A stretch of 64,000 nucleotides of DNA from Haplodiscus bocki (lineage: Eukaryota), in contig OZ296653.1 in NCBI GenBank assembly GCA_965655095.1, positions 96,100,001 to 96,164,000 of the forward strand. The letters run 5' to 3'. The translations under genes and the position numbers were made by a program. The notes below the pieces were generated by a model, which was given only the letters and a program-made list of their open reading frames with translations, ran no database searches and had not been told where the DNA came from. Below, one piece after another: positions 24,653 to 36,600 of this stretch. Within the stretch, counting starts at the first letter, position 1. Every line of letters begins with the position of its first letter.

Positions 24653-27600
24653 GTGGGTAAAATATTGTGAAGAAAAAGATTCAGTCTTCAAATACTTGTT
24701 CTGTAGAAACCAGACAGACAAAATTCTTTTCGGCTAATCAAGTTCCATATATAGATTTGTTCTTTTGTTCAAATCAGTTTGAATTGTTTAAAAATAAGAA
24801 GAGAATTTGCATTTCTAAATTCCGTAATTCTTGTCACAAAACTTTTACAGCGTAAGGATTTTGAGTTCTTACTTTTGGAAATACCAATTTTCATTTGTCT
24901 TTGATCCAAGATTTGTTTTAATCTTGGGTATTTTGGGATATTGGATATTTCGACCTTGCGTCTTTTGGATCTTTGGGTATTTTGAGGTGAAACAAGTGTA
25001 AACAGATAAAAACTAATTTTTTTTGAATTATTCGGCGGGTACTTCTATGTTTTCGTGTTGTAAAAATTGGTAATTTTTTTAAACACAGGTCTGAAAAACT
25101 GACAACTGTGTCCTGAAAGGTCATGTTTGATAAATCAATTTTTAGGACTTCGGAAAAGTGATTTTTCGAAATAATTGAAGTGTTACTCGGTTTTCTAACG
25201 CTTCGTACATTTTGCGACCTCGTTTGAAATAAGGTATTTCGTGCTTCGTGTGACATTTGATTTTTTTTTCAAAACGCAGGAAAGCTGTGTGGCAGTGCAG
25301 AAGGGAACATACGGAATATCGGTGGATTCCCAAGTGAAATAAGACCAGTGAACATAAAATTGAACAGAGTCTCACTAAACATAAAAATTAAATCTTGTGA
25401 GGCCAAATCGTTCTAATTGGTTGAACTGAATATGCATAGTATCCGTTATCCGTAACTCTGACTTTATTATAGTGTAGTCGAACAGAAGTTGTCAGCAGAA
25501 ACAAATTGTCTTTTTGAATCCACGGTCGGTGCGAGGGCATGCATAACATTCGCACAGCCGGGGTTTCGGACGATGTGTAGGTGCCAAATGCACCAGCTTC
25601 AATACGGATTAGTATGGGAAGACAGTTCCTGGCTGATACTCGTAATAGTGATAACAGTACATTAAATTTTATGTTCAGTGGTACTATTTTCAAAATTATG
25701 TTTAAAGGTCTTTTGTCATTTGGTATGTAACCCGGAACATCGTAGTAGCGGCGAGAGTGCGCAAAAAAAATCAATTTTCTCGAAGTCCTATCCGCCTTGG
25801 GCAGCTATGTTTTTGAATGAGACATTGGAAGGTATGGAGCAATTCAAAACATCCGCGGGAGCATAAATGTTATTCTTCTAAACCAAAACGCCGTGGTTCT
25901 GTGAATCGTTTTTTTTTACGCTGGCGGATGTTTTGAATCAAATATACCTGTTCATTTTGCGTCGTAAAATGTGCAATTTCTTAAACATTGGGCTGTGAAA
26001 TGGCTTAAACTTTTAAGACATGATTTATTGATTTTCAAGACGTGATCAATGCTCTTGTGCGAAACTCTCTGGCTTGACAAACGCTTGACTTGTCGAACAA
26101 ACGTTCGATTGGCAACTGGTGTAGTATTTCTAACATTGTCAATCACGTCCCGAATCATAGTTTCAAATGTCTCCCAGGATCTGTAATCTTTACTGACAAG
26201 TCATATTGTATTGCAAAGTTCCGCTTCGCCTCTGTGTATAAATCTCTCAGATAAAACTGTTTCTCTGAAAAAAGTTTTTCGAAGGACTGATATTGTTCTC
26301 ACACTATTTAAAATTTGACCTGTCCTTTGCCAAAAATATCAAATGAAGACAAAACATTTGCTGACCATCATTTAGCGCTTAAAATTATTGTCATCTTTTA
26401 AAATTCACTGGAATTACTTGTATCTGTATGTAAGTATGAATAAGTATATTTGTTGTCAATACATTTTTGGACAATTATTAAACGCTCACCCCTGGCGGCA
26501 GCTATCTCACGTGCAATCGTCTATTCCAACTGGAGTTGTGACGTTGTTCAACAAAATGAAGAGCCACGTATCTGTAGCGACCGGATCCACTGGCAGTTTG
26601 ATGAACGTTACCCATTCTGATCAAATCAAGAGTCTGCAACAAATTGCCGAATCTTTGGAGGTAAAATGGATTGCAAACTGGTTTTAGTAACAAGTTTGTT
26701 TAATAAAATTGATAACATTTTCAATTTCTAGTATAACTTGCTGTGTTCATGGACTATTACATTACTCAATCGTACTGTTTTTCATTGAAAACATTACTTC
26801 AAAAAGGAACAGTTGAATTGGCATTTCTCTGCGACTTCGGAGTTATTTATTTTTTGCAGGACACCTGGTGAAACGAAGTCTAGATACATGCTTCGAAATT
26901 TCACGTCCGTTATTTAGTCGGCCCTTTGTGAAAGATGCAGTTTCTTCGTAAGACAACAGTCCTCTCTTCCAATCGATCCAATTTTACAGTTTCTAGCAGA
27001 ATGCCTGAAGCTCATATTGTATCTCCGTGCGTGGCGTAAAAGGTGATACAAAAGGCTTCCGAATCCAGTGGATTTTTTTTGCGATACCCTTTTATAAACT
27101 CTACTGAATTGATAAGTAGCGGGTTCGAATCCCAGCATAAACTGTTTTCTTACAATTTATACCAAAAAATATACCAAAGTACAAGTTTTTTAAGCATAAA
27201 ACAACTCCGCCTTATCAGTACTCTGAGATATACGGGCGGCGCTGATTCTGACCCTTCTTGGCCTGTCCCTCCTCTCACTAACTTTTTTCGCTCGAATTTC
27301 TGAAGAAAAAAAGTGTCGACCGTTTCTCTCAAGTTGCATCTCGCGTCCAATTTTGAAAGAATCGGAATTTTACAGCAGCACTTATGGGAATATTGAATGT
27401 TTCAGTCCATTATTTCCTCTTCACTGTACGGCGACTTTGCGGCGTTTCTTACTCCGCTCTTCCTGGGCTACTTGCAATCATCTAGTGCGCAGTTCATTGC
27501 AGAAATACCAGAACAGCAGATCAGGAAACAGATGCTGGAGATTCTCTACAGACTGCCTGCCAATGACACTCTGAAGGCGCACTCGAAAAGCATACTCTCA

Positions 27601-30600
27601 CTCATGTTCAAGTTATTAGAAGTAAATTTCCTTGTTTTATGTCGTTTTACTTAATTGAAAAAAAAACGTCTTACACTGACAAGTTTCTTCACCGCTAAAA
27701 GTTCCAAAATTTTCTGGTCAAACCCCAAAATGCACGTTGTTCTAGAGGTCCTCGGTGTTCTAGAAGGTAGTACACCTCTCACCGTTCCCCTTTTAATTTT
27801 GAGCCTTATAGGCAGGAGCGACTTGAGCGTGTTCGGGCTTGTTTGTTGGTGTTCTTGACGTAATATTGTGTGAAGTTTGACGAGTAATGGGTTGGTTTTT
27901 AGTACATATGTGTGCCGCGCGTCTTTCGGTCATATATTCCGCTTAAATTATATAATCCAGACTTTAATGTTCAGATAAGGATCTTCTTTCCATAATATAA
28001 ATGCGTGGGAAAAGAAAATATACAATCTGGCTATAGAATATTTTACCGTTTCAGACCGACAACGAAGAAAACGTGCTATTCTGTCTACGCATAATAATCG
28101 AGCACCACAAAAGCTACAGACCTCAACACAGCAATGAAATAACAACATTCTTAGAATTTGTTCACAAGATTTATTCGGACTTGTCCGAAAATGTGGCCGC
28201 CATCTTTGCAGGACCCCAGGTGGGAGCGGACGGGGAGTTTAGTATCGACTGTGCTGGAATGGTCAGTCAAATGACTATCACAACGACCACGACCGGAGGT
28301 CAACAGTTGACCCAAACGATTATACCTAAGGCGCAAATGTCACTGAAGGCAGGAGTCCCTCCAAAACTGAAAATTACATTTTTTTGTATAAAAAATCTCA
28401 GTGGAGGAGTTATTTATCGGAATTACCTAAATTTCAATGAAATACACTGGAAGGGTTGTGTTAGAAGGGAGAACAGTGCTGTCCCTTGAAAAATTGCTTT
28501 AAGACGAATTTTGATTTTTTTCAAGCAAAAAATTGTTCAAGAGGTGAATATTCAAAATTTGATCGGAATCTTTGACCTAATTCAAAGTAACCATGCCTGA
28601 AATTAGTGCCCATTTTTTAGAATGTTGCAGCATATCGGTGAGAAAAATTAGACGAAAAGTCTGTTCACACTTCAAACAATTTCCTTCGTGTCTTGCAATG
28701 CAATATGAGTTGCTTTTAGGCTGATGGATGCCTTGTTGAACGACAATTTTGTCAAGAAACATGGAATTTTGAATATTTATTCCGGTATTGAAACTTCAAT
28801 ATTTTTCGGTCTTAAATATATTTTTTGGGCTTTAAAGCCTGAAAATTGTTGAGAGGGACAGCACTGGGTAGAAGGTCGCTGAAGTTGAAAGACTTTTTTA
28901 TGTATCGAGGAAAAACATCTTCACGGTGAACGAAGTGCATAATTTTTTGCCAAATCTTGCAGATCAAATCCGAGAAGTGACTAAACTTTTCGGAGCAACG
29001 GATGAAAAGAGTATGACTTTGAGATGGATAGTCAAGTTGCCTCTTGTGTAATCGTTTTACGGATATTTTTGAGGGTTGCGTATTTTTAACACAAAATTGC
29101 GGAGGGTCTTAAATGTTCTGTAAAGGTGTTAGCTGAACTGCCTCTGATAACAGTTCTGTTCTACCAGCTCTACAAAAACCAGGTGCACAAAATAATTGGG
29201 GATCTGTTCCCCATTGTCACCAAAAGTTTGTCTCATCAGCCTCCCAAGCGGAATGCGTGAGTAGATGTAGATGATTTTGTCTTGAAATTGATTAGCCAAC
29301 AAGTGGAAAGGTATCCTCAACCTGTGGTGTTTTAGGGAAGGTACTAATACTGGAACTTCTTCATTTTCTGACGAATTGTACGTGGACTTCATGACAGCTC
29401 AGGTTAAAACGCTGTCCTTTGTGGCCTATGGGCTAAAAGTGTACCCCGAGATAATCCGACAATATGCTCAGCCTTTAGCCGCGTCTGTGATTGGGCTGCT
29501 TAAATCATGTCCTTCGGAAGTTACCCATCTACGTAAAGAAATTATGGTTGCAACGAAACATATTTTCGCGTCGGAGCTATTACGTAATAGCTTTCTCCCA
29601 TTCGTCAACGAGCTGTTCGACGAGTCTGTTCTGATTGGTTCAGCCTACTCGGTCCGTGAGTCGTTACGAGCTCTGTGTTACAACACTCTCGCTGACCTCG
29701 TGAATCAAATCAAAAACAGTTTGCCTTTTACGGAAACAGCCAAGGCGATTCACTACTTCTCGAAAGTTCTTCTCGACGATTCTTTGCCAGCATCTCTACA
29801 GGCAACTTCAGCCAAACTGCTTTTGAATCTGGGAGCTGAGTTGTTCAATGCCAAAATGGCGTCTTCAAGTGCCAGTCAACTTGACAATTCCAACACCGAG
29901 CAAATTCGACAGATTCAGCTGAGACTTTTGGAAGTTTTTGTTGCAAAGTTTAAAACTATTTCGGAGTACCAGCTGCCGTTGATCATGAAAAAATGGTTAG
30001 TCGTCAAATAGTTTCAAAATAGCGTGACGGCTTTGTATGTTCATTTTGGTGAACGGAACTGAAGTTATCTGTAAAAATATGATCTTCAACCCAACCATTA
30101 GGCCAAGCACTAGTTTGCAGTCCAAACAAAGTTAGTTTCTAAGCACATGGGTATTTGCGCTGACACAAGTTTTGCTTCTCAAACTTTACAAGGTAACTAT
30201 TCCTAGAGTGTTGATGATGGCTGATTAATACTTATTCTTTTAATATCAATCCCAAAGCGAAGCCAAGGAATTGGATATCAATGCGACATGCTTTGACCTT
30301 TTCTTTCAGACATGTGTAGTTTCGATTGCCAACGTGTCAAAAGCTGTAAAGATCAATGTAAAGTTATTGATCTAGCAGGCAAGCAGATCCGCTTACAGGC
30401 CCGACAGGGGTCTATTTTTGAGGCATTCAATTCATCTTATGTGTCTAAAATAAATACTTCATTGACGGTGCATCTTCTACACATCGAAAAATTTACTGTC
30501 TTTTATCCAACCTTGGTACTCTGCGATTCACACTAAGAAACGGGGTTATATGCAGAGGGGTAGTTTGATTGGAAGTGGTGGACACTTTAGAGTTGGGGTT

Positions 30601-33600
30601 CTAATGAGGAGGGGTCTCTAAAGTTGTTTTCAGATTCATAAGCATAATTAGTCCCAATTTAGAATTCACTGGGGTTTCTAGCAATATTTGTATAATCAAT
30701 TGAGGTCGGGAAAGCGTAGACTTTGTGAATCGCGGATTAAGCATGGTGCAATAATGTGAAAAGACGGCAAAACGATTTCTACATTTTCAAAAAAATCGAA
30801 ATTCAAGGCGTTGAAAATTAGAGAGGGGGTGGCCAATTTAGAGGCTTAGACTGCAAGCAGGTTGATTGCTAATAGGAACCGCAGAGTATCTCTTACTTTT
30901 GCAATTTAGGTTGGCTTTCGTGTTTTTGTCATATAATGTTATGGAACTCTTGGGCGCTTCTGAACAAAATAGGTTTTGATAAAAGGTTCAGTATTGGTCA
31001 TGCTTTGAGTCAATTACGAATTGATTTTCTATTTGATTGTAGGAAGAATGATGCTACAATGAGCGATAGATGTACTAATATTTTTTGTGGAAATGTTTTT
31101 CTTCATTAGCCAAGATCAAATAAAAGCGGAGGAAGCTAAGAAGCAGCAACAAAATGCAGACAATTCCTCACCGCCGAGCGAAGAGCAGCAGCAAAATCAT
31201 CCTCAGTATGAAGCAACCGCAAATTCCGAGGTGGTTGGGTCGACAATGGATGTCGACACTTCTGATGTTGAAAATAACCCAGAGTGCAGTAAAACTAGAC
31301 CTGAAGATGTTAGTTCATTGTAAAAAATTTTGCAAGGGCTAATTGCTCAAGTTTATCAGATTCCTAGAGCGATCATTAGATTTTAATTTGACAATTACAG
31401 GCATGTTGTGGTTTCGAGGAAGTAGTCGATGCCGCTATAGTTGGCGTTTTTTAGGTTACGTCATTTTTTTTGCTGTCAGCAGTCATTTTGGCTTGCCCCG
31501 TGTTCTTTGACGCCGTTGTTTATTTAGGTTTTGCTTTTTTGGGCAGTTCTTTTCGTTATTTGACGCTGAAGTGCAATTAAAAAATATTTTGCCCAATATA
31601 AAGTCAAGTAATTAATTCAAAATAATTTATATATTTGTAATTAACTTGTATGATCGTAGCCGTGGTTGATCGATAGAGAGGAATGGTTTGTCTAAGGGCT
31701 CATCAGGACACTGGCACAGCCTATTATACTTGCAACTAAGCCAAGAATGGCTAAGTTGGCGCCGCCGAATGGCTCAAAATACTCATAGGACGGAGTTGAT
31801 TTTGATATTTGGAAAAATTGTACTTTGGTATAATTTTTGGTATAAACTTTCAAGAAAACGTAGCTAATACCGGGATTCGAACCCTCTACCTGTGATTCGT
31901 TAGTGTTTATAGAGGATATCAGGAGAATAAAGCTGATTTTTAGTACAGTCTCCTGTTTGCATTCGAATGATATAATTTCAACAGTCAACATCAGTTTTCT
32001 ATTTCCGGCACTACACGAGCGTATTGTTTTTTCAGAGCAAGTCTCGCGTTTGTGACGGTGCAACGGATACTAAAACTACTTCCTCAAGTCAACCTCGAAA
32101 GGACAGCAAACCTTCAGCAACTGGCTCAACCTCAATATCTGTGTCGAATACAAGCAACGTCGTTTCTGTTATGACAGCCAGTGAATGTCGAAATCTGGTT
32201 CGGTTGTTAGTAATGGGTGCCAAAACTATTTCGAACAGCGTGAATGCACTTTCTGGGAACTTCGACTCGCCGAGAGGTCCAAATAGTCATGCATCGCTTG
32301 GGTATCAACCTGCAGTCGTGGAAATTCTTCGAGATCTTCTCCGATACGGTTGTTTAAATGAATTTTCTGCCAAGTTCAATTACTTTACATGCTGCTTGGT
32401 GAAATATTTTCCGCACATTGGAAATACCATTTTGAATGAGATTGAAAATACATTACTTGCCAATTGAACGATTTTGGCAAATTGCACAATTTCTGCTTCC
32501 ATTTGAGAGAGTGCAAGGTCACGTCAGCTTTGCTTCAATGTTATGCCATGTTACTAAAAATTATTGAAGTTTAACTGAAGTTGCCTCTCTTCTAGGACGT
32601 CCATCTCAGCAAATTATCTTCCCCAAATTGCAGTGAGCTGAGTCATGGCTTTCTGAATAGATAATTTGAAAGAGTAATCACTTTATAATGGCATGACTTC
32701 ATTACGATTACGTGAACTATTTTGTGACATCTTAGCGTAACTCATAACAAAAAACGTTATTGAGAAATGTTATGATGAAAGTTAAATTGTTGTCAATGTA
32801 ATTCTTTGGGGGGGGGGGGATAATTATTTTCGCAGTGGGTTGGGGGGGGGGGTGGATAGTGGGAAGTACCCGTAAAATTAACTGGACTGGCATGTAGATG
32901 AAATTTAAATCCTCTTTTTTCTTCAAGTTCCCATTTCCGACATCCTCAGAAACATATTTCAAGCTTAAAATGTTCCGTAAAGATGCCGGTGTACCTTCAT
33001 CTCCCAAAACATAAATCTTGATTCTAAATGCAGGATATAAGTTTTAGAAAGTAACCTCGAAATGGTGTAACCTAGAGATGCACTGGATATCGTCCGGTCT
33101 GACCGTATTTTCTTGGCAGCAGTCCTTGGAAAATGCTGTTCCAGCCGGATTGTGTCAACGCATTCGTGTCTCAAAATATATATACATCGTAAAAAACAGT
33201 GAATGAGAAATTTTCAACTCATTCTTTCAAATTATAGTGCAGGCAGAGAAACTTCTCACTCGTTTTCGGAGTCGATTCGGTTCATCTTCGTACATGTTTC
33301 CAAATTCGGAGGATATTCTCTGAATCTGTTGTTTAATGCAAGCTGTGAATGTGTGTATTTGGTTAAATTTGTTTTCTGCTGTAGCCCGTTCTCAGAATTA
33401 TTTTAAATGCGCGTCAAGTTAAATCCGGTCTGAATCTGTCTGGAAATCCGCTGACGTTCCGGTTCCGGCTGCAAAAAAATGAAGTCGATGCATCCCTACT
33501 GTAGCTTAGTGTTTTCCCTTTCAAAAATGCGCCCAGTTCATCAACATTATTGAAGTTTTCCAGGATTATTCAAAAGCTTTGATTGTTTTGTTGCAGCTCT

Positions 33601-36600
33601 GAGAGCCCTGGATATCTACCTGATCAGTTACACGCAGCAGGGAGTGCCCATCATCAGAGCCGCCAACTCGACAGCCACCAATGGCACAAACGCGGCACCC
33701 AGGATGAAAGAGGAGAAAGAGTTGTTGGAGTGGTTCGCTCAAATCTACACTTTTCAACCTGTCACCACTTTCAGAGAAGTGTTCCTCGATGCCATTGAGT
33801 TCATGGTGCAGCGTATAAGAGAAGTTTGTCCGTTGCCTTATTTTGCTTGTTTTCTACAGTTTTGTTTTCTTCATAGCAAAAACGCTTCAATTTTTGTTGT
33901 GACGAATAATTTTTCAACTTCCATACAGTTTTTTAATCTTCATAATTGTACAGTTGGGAAATACAAAATTGAAGGTAGTTTAGTGAAAGTATTATCAGAT
34001 GCATAATGGATCATCCTCGGAAAATTCATTCCTGCTTTCCCTGTTTTCCCTGTACTATGGTGTTTTCTGCACCAAAATCTTGTTTCTCCTGAATCTTCAT
34101 TGAATTAGTTTGAAACGAAAGACACGAATTGGGCGTCTCTGAATTATTTTTTGTTATGGAAAAATTGCTTCTCTTTAAAAAGCTCATCACAATTTCGAAT
34201 CTTGTTGGTGTTATTTCAGAACTACGCTCTGCAGATAATCATCAATTCTTTTCTGGCCACTGCTTCAACAAGTCCTACGTTTGCAACAATTTTAGTGGAG
34301 TACCTTCTAGAACGAATGGAAGCCATCGGTGGCGGTTGCGCCATTGGCGATCGAATTGCGGTTAGCCTCGAAAGTGGTTGCCTAGCCGACAAAAAAGACA
34401 ACCTGGACACTAGCAACTTGTATTTAAAATTGTTCAAACTGGTTTTCGGCTCAGTTTCGCTTCTGGCTTCGGCCAATGAGCAGATGCTGAAACCGCACCT
34501 TCACGCAATTGTTAACAAGTCTATGCAAATGGCTTTAACCGCCCGGGACCCTATCAACTATTTTTACCTCCTTCGAGCTCTTTTTAGGTCAATTGGAGGC
34601 GGCTCGCATGACCTTTTGTACCAAGAATTTCTTCCGCTTTTATGTAATCTTCTACAAGGCTTGAATGTGTTGCAAAATGGCCACCATAAGAGTCAAGTCA
34701 AAGATTTATTTGTTGAGTTATCTCTCACAGTCCCGGTGAGGCTCAGTTCGCTGTTGCCGTACTTGCCTCTTTTAATGGGCCCCCTCGTGTCAGCTTTGAA
34801 AGGATCCTCTGCCCTGGTCAACCAAGGGTTAAGGACCCTGGAACTGTTTGTGGATAATTTGCAACCTGATTTTCTGTATGACCACATTCAGCCTGTGCGA
34901 GCGGAACTCATGCAGGTTTGTGAAAGTTTCTTGGGCTCTGAAAATTTGCTTCAACTTTTTGTGTCTTGCTTAGAAGCAAAGAAGTGGTTAACATAGATTG
35001 TTGACACAAAAAGCTGGCCTTTGACTATGCAGACTTTTTAACCTAAATTGGCTCATGCAATGTGAATCTGCTTTTATTTGGGATCAGCTACGGAAGTAGA
35101 TGAAAAATTTCAAATAAACAAAATTTTTGCATTGTTTCACCGCCTTTTGTGAGCTAAAGCTTTCAGTGTGGAAGATTATGGCTATTTTCTCTACGTCTTT
35201 GGATTGAACTTTTTGAATTCAAGTAACTTCTTCAGGCTTTGTGGAAGACAGTGCGAAATCCAAACCCGCTTCTCGCCACAACCGCTTTCCGGGTGCTTGG
35301 GAAATTTGGTGGTGCTAACCGCAATATGCTCAAAGAACCCCAAACTTTGCAGTACAAAAACATCGAGCTAAAAATTCCTTCCAGTAACACCAACGGCGTG
35401 CACTTGAAATTCAGCGGAACTCGAACCTGGGCTGTCCTGGAAATCGATGATGTCATTTCAACGGCTGCTAGTTGCATCACTGGCTCTAACGAAGAGGATT
35501 TTTACAAGATAGAAGGCTTCCAAATTATACAAAGCTACATCTTGCTGCTTTTGAAGTCAGCGTCTCATACTTTACCCCCTGGATATGAGTCAGTTTTAGA
35601 GAAAGCGAAGTTGTGGGTCCCCAATAAAGTAGTAGTGTACCAATGTGAGTTTGGGCGACGCAATGATAGAGTTAATTGGTCGGTGAACAAAATAGTGAAA
35701 GACGCTTTGGTCATGCTGTTTTATGCCTGCAATGTTGAGTGTGTGAAAGAACAAGCACAGAGTTTGACCAAGTTTGTTGTGAAGAAGTTGGCTCACTTGT
35801 CCATCATCAGGGGTAAGTTGTAACTTTCGAGTCGCTTCGTTTTTTTTTCAATTTTAATCTGCAGCATGCATTTTTTTCAGTTTTGTGAAATTGTAGTTTA
35901 GTGAGTCAGAGACTCCAATATTTAGTAGAAAAATGTAAATCAAGAGCTGTCTTTTTCCAATTTCTGGAATACAAGCTTTCTTTTACGCCGTAAAACCAAT
36001 TTAAGTAACTTGAAGTTTCTGCGTAAAAATCCATGAGAGAATTAATGACTGAAATGAAAAATCTGATATCAGTATATAACTAATTAATTGGGTTTTAACG
36101 TTTCGTAATGGCGATGACAGTCGACTTTTTCATCAAAAATTTAAGATTTTTTTCTCACCATGTCGTAATTAGTAGAACTAGCAAACCCTTCTGTTAGATC
36201 GGCACATTAAATTTCAATCTGCTTTGGACATTTTAAAGATGTGTGCGAGTTTTTCGGCTTGGGACTCATTTTTATCTTGCTTAATTAATAGTCGGTTTGG
36301 GAAAAATACTAAACAAGAAGCGCAGCAGCGCTGCGATATTTTCCGTCGACGGTGGTTTAGAAAAGCCTCTAAAATGAAATAGCTGAAGAACATAGACACC
36401 CTAGGGAGCGAGGAGGCCCCATATTATTACAGTAAGTGCAATATTAGACAAAAATTGGTATTCCGAGTCCAAAGGAACATTTTCAGCTGTTTCTGAAACA
36501 AATTTCTAAAATCTTATTTGGACTTTGAGCCAACAAATTTCGGCAGGGTTGTCAAAAATGCATTCTAGTTGTCCAGAGGAACGTTTTGGGAGAAAATTTC

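Noticed and set aside
29296-29335. AG/GT-flanked 15-nt microexon and U12-like gtatcct inside the 79-nt intron 5
   Set aside because: The flanking introns would be only 39 and 25 nt, and the simple gtgagt…tttag intron already restores the frame.
32797-32862. Poly-G tracts as a functional G-quadruplex
   Set aside because: These are homopolymer runs inside a probable repeat fragment, with no evidence of function and an assembly-sensitive length.
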